Of a stretch of 64,000 nucleotides of DNA, positions 1-13,024 are shown in pieces (position 1 is the stretch's first letter; every line of letters starts with the position of its first letter). The DNA lies in the NCBI RefSeq assembly GCF_009914755.1, contig NC_060944.1, one strand, 5' to 3'. The notes beneath the pieces are model-generated. The model saw only the letters and a program-made list of their open reading frames with translations. It did not search any database and was not told the DNA's origin. Position numbers and translations under genes: made by a program. This stretch comes from the human T2T-CHM13v2.0 reference genome, Homo sapiens.

Positions 1-29
1 TAACGACCCTATATAAAGAAACACAGTAA

Positions 30-225
30 GTGTATTTAGTTGTTGCTGTGGGACAGTCACTGTGGCAGGCAATTTTCATATCTTATGTTATTTACTCCCT
101 GTAAGGAGGTAGTGCTTATAACTTCCATTTTTGGGTTTGGGGAAACTGGATTTCACAGTGGTTAAGTAATATGTTAAATATTGCACAGGGAGGAACAGAA
201 CTGGAAGGCCAAAGTATTTTAACAT
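30..225 (-). mobile_element. MIR SINE fragment
   Basis: Degenerate reverse MIR core 'ggggaaactggatttcacagtggttaagtaat'; boundaries approximate. Confidence 0.55.
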
Positions 226-504
226 TTTGCTCCTTTTTGCAGATACTTGAGATCCATTAAAGAATCTAGAGAGTGAAATAACAGAACTGGAGCTCTTGTT
301 TAGAAAGATGATTCTGGTGGAATATGGAGGATGGAATATGGAGACAAGGGTGTTATGATTCACACAAGAGATCATGACCACTGAATTAAGTCAGCAGCAG
401 TAAGACAGTGGATAAGAGATATGTGAAGGTGGAGGATATAGATTCATGCAGCATCTTTTTGGAGAAGCTGGTTGATTCTTTGGTCATTGCCAGCAAAGTC
501 ATTT

Positions 505-755
505 GAATAGGAAAGGCCTTGGAATCACAAAGACCTGGGCACAAATCTTCCCCTCTTCAACTTCCTTGCTGTAGGACCTCAGACAAGTTATATATTTTTT
601 TTCTGAATATCAATTTCATTCTTTGTAAAAATAAGGATAATAATAATTTTGTTTCCTCATGACGTGGTGAAAATTAAACAAGATGGATAATACATGTAAA
701 TTCTTTACATAATTGATCTCTGGTAAGCTATTGCTATTATAATTACTTTATTATT
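505..755 (+). mobile_element. MIR SINE
   Basis: 'agacctgggcacaaatc...gaccTcagacaagtta...tttgtaaaaataaggataataata...tacatgtaaa...gctattatt' follows the MIR consensus. Confidence 0.75.
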
Positions 756-1419
756 ATTAGTGGAAGAATTGAAGGAGGGTTAGGTTGATGGCAACCACAG
801 GGAGGGAAGGCCAGAACTTGATGGGATACTTGATGTTTTCTTCTCTTAGGCAACAGTTATGGGAAATAGGGAAGAAGAAGTTATACAGAGAATGCAGCAG
901 AGACAGGATAAACTGAAGGAGAACAAGCTGGTGACCTGGCTGGTTCCACTGTCTAGGGCAAGGCAATCAGCAGGTGTTCTAGGCAGTCTTTCCTGACCAC
1001 TGGTTTGAATCCTCCATACTCCTGCATTTAGCTTTCCTCCTCTCCTTACTTTTGGAGATCTGATGCCCAAGTTTCAGATTTTTCTTTTTCCTGGACTCCC
1101 AATGCTGTTTTTCCTTCTCCCCACCCAGTTTCTTCCCTCAGTTCTCCTGAAGTCTTCAAGGCCCATCCACCTGGTTTTCTTTGTTCAACATTTCACTGGC
1201 ATTCAATCCAAAGATATTTAAGAGGCATCAACTGCGTTGCAGGCAGGAGGAAGGAATTCTCTGAGCCCCATGGAGCTCACTTTCTCTAGAAAGATATGTC
1301 ACATTCTCTCCACTATGCTCAACATTGCCTGGTGTCTGTTTCAAAAACTGCCAGAGCCACTGATTTCAGAAGTGGGGGATCTTCAGAGGAGGGAAGGGAA
1401 ATGAAAAGTAGAAACTTCT

Positions 1420-1620
1420 ATTCATAGGCTTAACAAGACTTTGTTACTGCACACTATATACCAGGCACCCTGCTAGGAAGCAGAGGCCTAGAGATGAAAT
1501 AAAGTAGCTGTAAGTTTGCTGCTCTCAGAAAATCACATTCTATTGGAAGAAACAGACAAATATTAATAAACAGATTAATAAAGTAATTACAAACTGTGGA
1601 GCATATAAAAGGCTGGGGCA
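1420..1620 (-). mobile_element. L2 LINE 3' end fragment
   Basis: 'actatataccaggcaccctgctagg...ctctcagaaaatcacattctattggaagaaacagac' matches the reverse L2 3' end. Confidence 0.6.
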
Positions 1621-1774
1621 AAGAGAATAAAAGGGGTCAGGGTTTGCAATCTGCTCTCCTTACACTGGGTGGTAGCTGTGAGAGTTTGGCCAAATGCAAA
1701 TATTTGCTTTCCAGGTCTTCATACCAAAGAATAGGTGGGAAACACTAGACCAATGGACTTTAGTATTTTTTAAT

Positions 1775-2370
<596 letters not shown>

Positions 2371-4174
2371 TTTGAACCTCAAGTATTCATGCCTCTCTGA
2401 GCTTATTTAACACACAGATATAAAAGCAGACACAAAAGTTGAAGTATTGCTTGCATAAGATAGTCTGCAAACACGTATGCAAAGAGGATCAAAAAAATCC
2501 TTGGGAAACTGGGTAGCCATCACTGCCCCAGCCATTGATGTCAGCCAAGCCTTTTGCGTTTTTCAATTCATCTCTCCTGGGCATCTGGGAAAGCTCCTGC
2601 ATCTCAAAGATGTCTCTCTCAAAATTAAGTTCTTTAAGCAAAATGGGACCTGGAATGCAGCATTTATAAATTACCTATGAGGGCCTGTAAACATCAGATT
2701 GTTTTTTTTAATTTAATTGCCCTTTTAAATATTTAATTCAAAGACAGGGCTGGGGGACGGTCATGGAGGAGGTTTACAGGATGACTCAAGAAATGTTTCC
2801 TGTCTATCAAATGGACAGCCCGCCCAGAAAGATTAACCCAGATTCCCCCAAAGAAATCTGTGTCAAATTGATGCTGAGTTGGTCTGGCATCTGAGGGGAA
2901 TCTTGACATGACAAGATTAACCCTCTCAGTGCCCCCGGGCTCTGAGAGAAAGACTTTCAAAGGTTTACCTGTGCATAGCTCAGCAGAAGGTCACATAGCA
3001 CTGAGTTCTCTGCGTGAGGAGTGTGACACAGGAGGAAGCTGGGAATGAGTGATGAGGAGGTGTTATAACTCAGGGGGGATTTCCCACCTGATTGCACTGG
3101 ATTGTCACTGATGTTTTATCACACTGTATGCTTGCTGTGAATTTGCCGTAGAGAAAGCTGCTACTGGCTTATTACAGACCTTGCAGTCCACAATGGTGGG
3201 ATTGTGACACTTCACCTGCTACCAGATGAATAATCTGGGGTTTGGGTCCTTAGCTCATGAAGGGACCCTTATCCACTGCTAAGTAACCTCTTTTCTCCTT
3301 GGACTTTTGAGTCTTGATTCATGTCTTTGTAAACATTTTCACTCCAAAGTGTGACCTCCTTTCCTAATTTTTGCAGAACCATTAAACCTTCTTCTGTTTT
3401 TTAATTGTTAACCTACTCCCTTTTCTCTAGACTGTATGAATTGGCTTATCTTCTTAGGGCTTCCCTAGAAGCAACATGGATACCAACCGCTTGTTACTAA
3501 ACAGAGGCTTAGGGAGAAGGACATAAGGAGATGTGAGACTGAGAGATACATAGAGAGAGGCCTATGGGTCCAGGAGCTCACTATTTTTTGGTTGTCAAAC
3601 AAAAGTTCTCAAATTACTCCTTCTTACATTGAGGCCAGTATTGAGGGTCCAGGATCTGGCCATCAGAACTCACCCAAGAAAAGCAGCCCTGAGATTGAGT
3701 TCTGATGGTGCAGTGACAAAGGTAGTTCTTGTTCAGGCCACTCCTTTGGGTTTTGTTTGTTTGTTTGAGTGAAATTTACGGTTTGTGCACAATTGGAATG
3801 GTCTTTAACCACTTACTCATTTGTTACTCTGCATAAGTGATAAAATCTCTCTCCAAGTTTCTACCATGGACCAGATGAAGTTAGTTTTGACCTGAACATC
3901 AAGCGTGAAGAAAAGTAAGCATCTTTAGCTCCCATAGCAATTGTAGTTGGCATCTCAAGCTTTCACTATGATGTAACGATTAAGGTGTCACCTATGAAAA
4001 GAAATATCCAGGATTGTTCTTAAGCTCTACACTGGGCACCCATGGACCATATGTGAGCTCTAGGTTTGTTTTGTTTGACCACACAGGTGAACGTGAATCA
4101 CTCTGCATGGGACACCACAGCCCCCACCTCTCCTATTGTTTTATGCCCAATCTGCTTCATGTATTTGCCTCACA

Positions 4175-4611
4175 TGTAGTGGGTTGGATAGTGGATCCCA
4201 AAAAGTTATGTCCAAGTCCTAATCCCTGGAACCTGTGAATGTGACTTTATTTAGAAAAAAGGTCTTTGCAGATGTAATTAAGTTAAATATCTCAAGGTAA
4301 CATCATCCTCGTTTTAGGGTTGGTCCTAAATCCAACGACAGGTGTACTTATAAGAGAAAGGTAGAGAAGTTTAAGTGGAGATGGAGACAGAGATCAGAGT
4401 GATGCTGCCACAAGTTAAGGAAGGCCTGGGACCACCAGAAGCTTAAAAAGGCAAGGAAGGATTCTTCTCCCCTAGAGACCTTAGATGGAGTATAGCTCTA
4501 CCAAGACTTCGATTTTGGACTCTTGACCTCCAGAACTGTTAGAGAATAAATTGTTATTTTAAGCACCATGTTTATGTTAATTTGATATGGCAGCCATAGG
4601 AAATGAATACA
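4175..4611 (+). mobile_element. MLT1C-like MaLR solo LTR
   Basis: Starts 'tgtagtgggttggatagtgg', contains 'ggtctttgcagatgtaattaagtta', ends 'cagccataggaaatgaataca'. Confidence 0.9.
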
Positions 4612-5054
4612 CTCCTGCAGTCATAACACATCTGTATTTGTTTACCTTTTAATCTCTGTGTGCTTGTGTATGTATATTTGTGTCTCTGTGTATATGATAT
4701 ATGTGAGTATGTGTTTATCAAGTGTTGAAGGCCGTTTAGACTCACACAACTGCTGGTCACTATTCTCCTATGCTCGTGTCTTCCTTCTCTGGCCATCTTT
4801 TTCTTGTGGCTTTCTCTGAATCTTTGTGGTACCTGTAGTTTTTGTGCATCTGGTACCCCTTCTTCTTTATTCTGGTGACAGAAGCCACCACTCTGATGAT
4901 AATAATTAATTTATGCTTTGAGTAATTAATTAGCTAAACTACAATGATTTTGAACACCTGATAAATATGCCATGCTCTGCTAGGGACTGTAGTTATAGTG
5001 GTGACCAAAACCAGGCAGTCTTTTATGATTTTTTGACTTATCCTCTGTAGTGGG

Positions 5055-5412
5055 CATGGTAGACACGTTGATGCACCATTGAGATTCTCCCAAGGAAACA
5101 GAGAAGCATGGTGAGCAGACAACACCTGGCTTAAGGTCTGCCTCAGCTGCACAGAACAGCCTCACCTAAGGCCACATATTTCCTGGGGCAGCTTACCTCC
5201 AGCATGAGTGAGGCAGAAGGTAAATAATATTGTTCTGGAGCTCTCTGCCCAAGAGAGGCTTCTGGGGGCCTGAATCACAATTTGACTTCTTTCTCAGCCC
5301 AATCTTCCTTTCTGCCCGTGCCTTCCACAGGTGTTAATTCCTATGCCCTGATAAATATCTTGCACTCCAACCTTCATCTTAGCATCTGCTTTCAGAGAAT
5401 CCAACCTGGACA
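5055..5412 (+). mobile_element. LTR16A-like ERVL LTR
   Basis: 'tggtagacacg...gtctgcctcagctgca...ccttccacaggtgttaattcc...agcatctgctttcagagaatccaacctggaca'. Confidence 0.8.
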
Positions 5413-6244
5413 CTGGGTCAGAGGGCAACTGAAGCAATGCTTATTCAAAGAAATGGGACATTGTAGTGTGATAAATGCTCCAAAGGAAAGTTCCCTGGTT
5501 TCTTGTTCTCATGTCTACACTTGGAGATTGTCCCTCTATCTCCTACCTGGATGGTGGCCTAAATGTGGGACTCAATTCCTTTCTTTTATTTACATACACG
5601 CCTATACATAGCCACACAGACAAAGCTGCTCATATGCACCAAAATTCACCGCAACAATGCCTTGCACAGATAGAAGGTATTTCTGAAGATTTGGTAAAAT
5701 GGAAGAGTTGTACAATGAGAAAAGGCAAATGGCTTAAAATTTAAAAATAGATATTCCAGTTCTTTAAAAAGTCCTCTTATTATTTCTTCCAACAGGGGCT
5801 TAGTCTATTATATTCACAAGTTCCTTTGATTTTGTGGCTTCAACACTGTACATTATTATGCCAAGCAAAATCTCTTCTTGCCTCCATTTTTACTTCTCAA
5901 CCCTTTAAAATTACAGCCCCTTTTCTTACACAGGTGTATTCATTTGAAAAACCTCACAGAACTATACGCTTAACATCTGTATATTGTATTGTATGCAGTT
6001 ATAATACTCCATTAAAAAAACCTGTGCCTCCTCAGGCCCATAGAAATAAGTGGCTATGCAACCTACTATTAATTATACCTTTACTATCCAATGGTCTAGC
6101 AAGGCTTTCGAGATTGATTTCTCTTTATTGATATCTGATTACATTCTTGGGGAAGATGGCATTCTTTTCCCTCATTTGACTCATGGCTCATGGGGTGAGG
6201 TGGGTTATTTCTTCTGGCAATATTTGCTTATTTCAGAGCAATTT

Positions 6245-6390
6245 TTGCTACACTGTGAGCTCTTTGAGGGGAGGAGCTATGTGTCCTTGTTTCTGTGTCA
6301 CCTACACCTTGCATCAAGCCTGAACCAAAGAACAGTCTCAGTGGACACTGAACGCAAAAACTAATCAATTGATAAATAGAGGAAGGAATG
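6245..6390 (+). mobile_element. L2 3' end fragment
   Basis: 'cactgtgagctctttgaggggaggagctatgtgtccttgttt' followed by a degenerate gaat tail. Confidence 0.5.
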
Positions 6391-6804
6391 AGTCCTAAAA
6401 AAATGTGTAGGCCATGGGACCATGAATGGAGACATAGCCAGGAATTTGTATAGCTGTGGCTTGGGTCTTGAGTACCATTAGGGTCCAGATGATTTGGGTT
6501 GGAACATGAGCCACACTAGAAACACTCAGAGTTTGACCCATATCACGCGGCCTTCTAATGGTGATCCCTGTTGCTCCCTATAGTCAAAAGATTCACCTTC
6601 ATATTCAGAACTCTTCTTCATCAACTTCATAGTCTCTATGCAGGTTATTAACATTCATAAACCATTCAGACAATTGCTCATTCATTCCTTAATAAACTTT
6701 TTTAAAGCTAAACATACTAAGAACTTTTATGACCTTGTGTCTTTATTCACATTGTGCTCTTTATGCAAAATTCCCCTTTCCTATGTATTTCCTACAAATG
6801 GTTG

Positions 6805-7140
6805 TTGCAAAGCACATGGGTGTTGAAGTCCTGAAGATCTAGGTTCAAATTCTAAGTTGGCCACTCATGAGCTGGGTGACCTTGAGCAAATCACCTTAAC
6901 CTTTCTGAAACTCAAATTCCTCATCTATAGAAGGCATAGTAGTGGTATGAATGATAATTATTTCACATGGTTGTTATGAGGATGAGATCAGGCAACAGAT
7001 TTAAACATATTTGAGACCCTGGCACCAGAATTCTACAAGTTCAGGGTTCTGAGAGTGAATATCTTCATAAATCTTGCATCCTAGTCACCTGTCTTACCTC
7101 AGTCTAGACTGGGACCTGCCTGGAACATAATAGTTGCTGA
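6805..7140 (+). mobile_element. MIR SINE, interrupted by MER96
   Basis: 'aggttcaaattct...gctgggtgaccttgagcaaatcaccttaacctttctgaaactcaaattcctcatctatag'; resumes at 'cctggaacataatag'. Confidence 0.8.
7026..7118. mobile_element. MER96-like hAT MITE, internally deleted
   Basis: 'ctgagagtgaatatcttcataaatcttgcatcctag...ctagactgggacctg' matches one MER96 arm; cag...ctg ends; 8-bp TSD cctggcac/cctggaac. Confidence 0.65.
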
Positions 7141-7220
7141 TTTCTTCCCCCCTCTCTCTCTTTTTTCTGTTTCCTCCAGCATAAATAATTATTACAAATT
7201 ATATTGTTATTAGTCTAGAC

Positions 7221-7312
7221 CAGGGATTAAAAACTGTGGCCCAAGGGTCAAATCCAGCCTGGTTATGTAAATAAAGTTTTACTGGAACACAGTTATGCCC
7301 ATTTATATGTGT
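7221..7312 (+). mobile_element. MER58A-like hAT-Charlie fragment
   Basis: 'aactgtggcccaagggtcaaatccagcct...gtaaataaagttttactggaacacagttatgcccattt'. Confidence 0.75.
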
Positions 7313-8457
7313 TAAAACTTATTGCTTTGTGTCATATACTTATTATGGTTTCCTGGCTTATGCGCCTAATGGTGACTACAGATGTTCTTTTCATTTTGTT
7401 ATGGAATGTTTCAAGCAACTATACTTTTGCTTAAGTTGAACCCACGGTGGGAAACATTTATGCTCCTTTCATATCAGCAAGAGCAGCCTCCTTTCCCTTT
7501 TCTCTTTTAAATTCAAATTTATCAACCACCTAAATCTAGTCACCAGATTTGTCATAGAGAGGCTTCCTATAGGTTTGGGACCTTTGCTCAAATCAGTACT
7601 TTTAAGCCATTATTAGATTGTGATAAAAAGGGAGATAACACAGGGCCTGATGCACTGACAATGAGCAGAGCAGCAGAAATGTGAGATGCCTTCTGGTTGG
7701 CTTCCTGCTGCTTACTTGGCCCGCTTGCCTCAAGGGAATCATTCTCAAACTTTCTGTTTCACCATGTGATAGAAATCTCATTACATCTCAAGAGCCTATT
7801 TTGAAACTTAAATCATAAGGGAGAATTTTAATGAGCTGAGCTTTGCTTAAGCTGCAGAGTTGAGTTTGGCAATATGTTGGTTGAGATTGTCATGGGGAGT
7901 TATCTTTCTGGTTTCAACAATCAGAAAATTATTGGGTCATGGTTCTGGGAGCTTCTGGCTTCTTTCTTACATAATATTGACAAGCTACACTTTGATTAGC
8001 ATTCACAAAAGCATCACAAAACCAAATCTGTATAAGTAGGCTGTCCTTTTACATCCTCAGGTGAGGAAAAGCCTAAACATTTCCTTCTGTTTTTTAGTCT
8101 TCCTTCATAGGTCCTTTATGATTTTTGTTTATTTTTGATAAGAATTAAATTATTTACTAAAGTTTCAAAGAGCTGGATTCATAGAATAGGGCCTGAGTGC
8201 TTCTTTTCTTGTGTCTGAAGGCAGAGATGAATTTCTCATGTTGTAGCTAGCAACAACAATTTGCTAGCTGACTATATTTCAGGAAGGCTTTGAACCAACA
8301 AGCAAAGACTAGCTAGCTTTGAGTCCAGGGGATTAGAGCAGTTGAAAATAATTTTTCCACTGGAGGGGAAAGTCAGTGACTTACTCTTACAACTGTTTTA
8401 ACTCAGGTTTATTGAGTTTGTTAATAAATCTAGTTGAAAAGCCCACATTCTCTATCT

Positions 8458-8670
8458 TAGTGTTTCTCAGTGTGCTCTGCAGATTAGCTATACTGGAATA
8501 TTCTAGAGGGAACTTGTTAAATAAGCAGATCCTATGGACCTACTCCTTACTCAGTGAACCAAAATCCTGTGATGAAGTTAGGGGAGGGGATGTTGAAAAG
8601 CGGTATAATTCTATAAGTTAAACAAGATCTCTGGGTCATTCTTCTATTTATTAATGTTTGAGAACCAATG
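8458..8670. mobile_element. MER5A/B hAT-Charlie element
   Basis: 'agtgtttctcag...cttgttaaataagcagatcc...tgtttgagaaccaatg'. Confidence 0.65.
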
Positions 8671-9305
8671 ATGAGTAAAATATTCTCTTTTTATTGCTCA
8701 CAGTGGAGTTTCTAAAGGCAATATGTACAAAGTGCTGCAGCATAGGACTATGCGAGATGGCATAAAAAGACAGAAGATGGACCACTGAGATGACCTGTCA
8801 ATTCATTGATTGTCTTACTACAGTTGGCTGAATTGACTGAAACTCCATCTGCTTTGTTGGCACATAGACAAGACTTTATTGGTAGAACGTTGAGAGTAAT
8901 TGGTTTCATATGATTTTTAGATACCATCACTAAGGACTTTTGAGTACGTTTTGTAAGAGACTTTCAGGAGTTGATACAAGAAGGGAAAATGAGCTCCTGG
9001 GCACCTCTTTCACATGTAGTGAAGTAACTCACTCCAGCCTTCTCCTGACTTTCACTGAACCCCTGAAGGAGTCGACTGCTTTGCTATGGGGCTGAAAGCT
9101 GGTATTCATGTATATTAGGCAATTCTTGCCCCAGAGAACTTTCAATTCAGCTGCATAAATAAAGTAACTACAATTTGTAAAACCTAAAACCTATTATATG
9201 TTAGTCAATGCAAAATGCCAGATGAGTAGAATAGATTATGAATTTAGGGGCCCAGTGAAAGGTGACATTCCTGTTTTCCTGAGGACAAGAGGTTGTAGGA
9301 AAAAG

Positions 9306-9639
9306 GTCAAAGGATTTAAGAAATATTTTTTGGATAGTACCTTAGTTATAGTTCTCCAAAGAAACAGAACTAATAGGAAATTGGAAACCAATAGAAAATA
9401 TATATATATAGGTGTGTGTATATATGTGTGTGTGTATATATAGAAAACATATATACTATATATGTTAATATATATGATATATATGGTATATAAATATATA
9501 GTATATATAGTATATATAAATATATACTATATATAGTATATATAAATATATAGTATATATAGTATATATTAATATATACTATATATAGTATATATAGTAT
9601 ATATTAATATATATGTAGTATATATATTTTCTATATGCT

Positions 9640-9688
<49 letters not shown>

Positions 9689-9796
9689 GTATACATATTT
9701 TCTATTGGTTTCCCATTTCCTATTAGTTCTGTTTCTCTAGAGAATTGTAACTAATGTACTAATACTATCCAAAAAACAATTCTTAAATCCTTTGAC
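9306..9796. repeat. ~100-bp inverted duplication (MLT2 LTR terminus plus flank) around an AT-rich microsatellite
   Basis: 9306-9401 is the reverse complement of 9695-9796 apart from about 8 substitutions and a 6-nt indel; 'ttagttatagttctccaaagaaacagaactaatagga' is an MLT2 end. Confidence 0.93.
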
Positions 9797-9900
9797 ATAT
9801 ATATATATATGTCATGTGTGTGTGTGTATATATATATATACACACACATACATATATGTAATATATATAATACATATATATTATATATAATATAATATAG
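9398..9900. repeat. (TA)n/(TG)n compound low-complexity tracts
   Basis: Visible TA/TG/CA runs at 9398-9695 and 9797-9900. Confidence 0.95.
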
Positions 9901-10480
9901 AAACCTTGGAGCTTCCTGGATCTGAATGTAGATATCTCTCCCTAGACTTTGGAGGTTTTCAGCTATATTTTGAGAAATAATTTTTCTTTAACTTTCTCTA
10001 TCTCTTCTTTCTCTAGTAATCCTATAATACAAATATTTGTTCACTTAATGGTATCCCATAAGTTCTGCAGGCTTTCTTATTTTTTTAAATTGTTTTACCA
10101 CCATTTGACTGGGATATTTTGAAACACCTCTTGACTGGGGTATTTTGAAACACCTGTCTCCAAGTTCAGAAATTCTTTCTTTTGCTTGACCTAGTCCGTT
10201 TTTGAAGTGCTCAGTTGTATTTTTTTATTTCTTTCATTGAATTCTTACCTCCAAGATTTTTGTTTGGTTCTTTTAATGCTGTCTATCTTTTTGTTGAATT
10301 TTTCATTCAGATCATGAATTGTTTTACTGATTTCATTGAAGTGTTTCTCTGTATTCTCTTATATCTCGTTGAGTTTCCTTAATATTATTTTGAATTCCTT
10401 TTCAGGCATTTTGTACATTTATTTTTCTTTGCAGTCTGTTACTGCAGAATTATTGTGATTCTTTGGAGGTGTCATGTTTT
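9900..10480 (-). mobile_element. Old L1M (L1M2/L1MA-type) ORF1-region fragment
   Basis: 'tcccataagttctgcaggcttt...caagttcagaaattctttcttttgcttgacctagtc...ctttggaggtgtcatgttt'; internal 26-bp tandem duplication at 10105-10155. Confidence 0.85.
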
Positions 10481-10518
10481 CATCTCTCTCATGTTTCTCT
10501 CTCTCTCTCTCTCTGTCT

Positions 10519-11194
10519 CTCTTCAGAGCACATATGTGTAGCCAACCACGATCCCTGGTGGACTGAACAAAGGGGGCCAACGTGGGAATAAAAGACAAGA
10601 GAGTATATTTGGAAGAAGGGGTCGGGGGCTTCTTGCCTATAGTGGACAAAGGCCCTGAGCTTTTTCAGCCCTCTGAATTTATTAGGTAAAAGAGATAATG
10701 AGAAAGGTGGGGGGTGATTTTTGGGTAATTGTCAGTCAGCCATTTGGTTCACAGCAGGCTTGCGAGACTGCATCCTCTGAACAACAGGCACTAGATTTCC
10801 CAGTAGATAACTTCAAGAAGCCTGGCGCCAGGGAGTAATGGCCCTCAGCAAACCTCCTGGCAGCAGGTGCAGTCGTGAGTTTGCTCACATCCTGCATTTA
10901 TGATAAACAGTTTGCTGTTTGATCATATAGCCTCCAGTGGAATGTGGAGTTGGTCACAATCCCTTTGGCCTTTTTGGCTCCCAACACATATGGCCCATCA
11001 AACTTTTCCCATGGGGGGCTGAAACTATACCTCCTATAATTATTTACTGGCTGTGGGCTGGCATAGGAAGAATGTGCCCCAGATATGCAGCTTTGTGCAG
11101 TTGAGGCAAATGCTAAAGGAGCCACTTCCAAGGGCGGGGGCAATGAGTCCTTCTTTGCAGAGGGATCTGGGAAGCTCATCTTTCTGTCCCCTCA
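10519..11194 (-). mobile_element. LTR16A-like fragment split by LTR3
   Basis: 'cagagcacatatggcccatca...gcagttgaggcaaatgctaaaggagc...gagtccttctttgcagagggatctggg'. Confidence 0.65.
10537..10986 (-). mobile_element. LTR3 (HERV-K HML-6) solo LTR
   Basis: Minus strand begins tgttgggagccaaaaaggccaaaggg...ccactggaggctatatgatcaaacagcaaactgtttatca and ends ...ggctaca; perfect 6-bp TSD catatg at 10531-10536 and 10987-10992. Confidence 0.88.
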
Positions 11195-11226
11195 CTATAA
11201 TTTTAGTTCACTGCTACTGTATAGAG

Positions 11227-11571
11227 CAGTGGTCCCCAAGCTTTTTGGCACCAGGGACCAGTTTCATGGAAGACAGTTTTTCCACAGGTCGGGGTCGGGT
11301 GGTAGGATGGTTTCAGGATAAAATGGTTCTACCTGAGATCATCAAGCATTAGTTAGATTCTCATAAGGAGCACTCAACCTAGATCCCTGGCATGTGCAGT
11401 TCACAGTAGGGTTTGCAATCCTGTAAGAATCTAATGCCACCACTGATCTGACAGGAGGCAGAGTGCAGGTGGTAATGCTTGCTCATCTGCTGCTCACTTC
11501 TTGCTTGGAGGTTCAGTTCCTAATGGGCCACAGACAGCACCAGCTTGCAGCCTGGGGATTGGGGAACCCTG
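11227..11571 (+). mobile_element. MER1B hAT-Charlie MITE, full length
   Basis: 'cagtggtccccaagctttttggcaccagggaccagtttcatggaagac...ggggattggggaaccctg'; degenerate 8-bp TSD gtatagag/gtctatag. Confidence 0.93.
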
Positions 11572-13024
11572 GTCTATAGTAATGCAAAACATATTGCTTC
11601 CATGTTTCTGAGGACTGACCATCAGGTATTTACAGGCAGTCAACTTGCCTACTACATTTTATTTGTAATCACACCTGGATGCCATTTACACATACTTAGT
11701 TTAGTTTAAGCATGTGCAGATATGTTACCTCTTCCTCCTTGAAAGGCTTCCTGGTTACCCTATGTGGCTGTTTGTTCACCATCTTTGTATGGGACTTTGA
11801 AGCTGAGGACTTGGACAGTTCCTAGTGTGCAAGTGGTCAGAAGCCCTCTCCCTCCAAACCCAGTGACAATGTCCCTTTAGTAGGATTAAGGTGCCCTGAG
11901 GACCTTTGCTTTTTAAATTAGGCTGACACGGAGCTTAGCAACTATAAGTTCCCCCTTATCCTCCCTCTATTTATCATTAATATGTTGAACTTCTCAGCTG
12001 GCGAAGGATAAAATAGTTGATAGCAAATGAATTAGATATCAATTAATTTCTAAAGCAAACCTAATGGGCATTTAAGAAGAGAATTTAATGTCTCATTTAC
12101 TCTCTATAGCTATCTTGTTAAATGCCAATTAAGTATCTAAATATTTCCTACAAGCTTAATGAATTATAATAAGTAAAAAGTGATTACCACTTTTTTCTAG
12201 GATCTTGGCACTCTCGACTTCCAGTGCAATGATACTAGACTTTTTTTCTCATCCTATTTAGGATACAGATAAAATAGACTAAAACCTTCCTAATTAACAT
12301 TAGCTACCTTATTTAGCAATAAAGTACTAAATTTATAGTCAATTCTGAATATAAAAAATATCAGAATGCATGCAGCTAGAGAATATATGAGTAATAGGAT
12401 TTTTACTTGAAAATAAAGTGAGCACTACTAAAGCATTACCTATAATGAACGCCTAATGTTTCACCTTCTCAATGCCTGCCTCACCTCACCCCCTCACTGA
12501 AACCATTTCTAGACACCAAGGCAGAGAGCATATTAGCAGACTCACACATGAATTAATGGGGTGTGTGTTTGTGATTGGCATGGTACACAAAAACCTAAAG
12601 GCAGCAGGGGCCAGGACAGTGGACTCCATCATACAAAATGGGGAAGGTTAAGGAGGCTTGGCCTGGGATCTAGCCCTTCAAGGTTTTCTCTGCCACTCTG
12701 GGAGAATAGAGTGATCCTTAGGTTTGCTTATCCAGGCTTTGATATCTAACAGTGCACTGTGGGATTGGAGAGATTAGCAGTCAATATTCAGGTGGCAGGC
12801 TTAATGAACTACTGTTTCACTCTAAGGAGGGCTCTGGTCCTCAGTGGGAGATGCAGACGGCAAAGAAGCAGCCCCTGAAAGTGAGGGTTTGGGTGGGACT
12901 GCAGTGGAAAGAGGTGGAGAATACCTGCCAGACAGGAGTAACACAGTGCTCCTGAGCAGTCAGCTCTGGTAACGTAACTCAGTTACATCATGAGTTATGT
13001 ATGGATGTCATTCAGTTCAGACCA

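Noticed and set aside
8245-8269. 8-10-bp hairpins (here and near 8800, 12070, 19475 and 51805)
   Set aside because: Several are expected by chance in 64 kb
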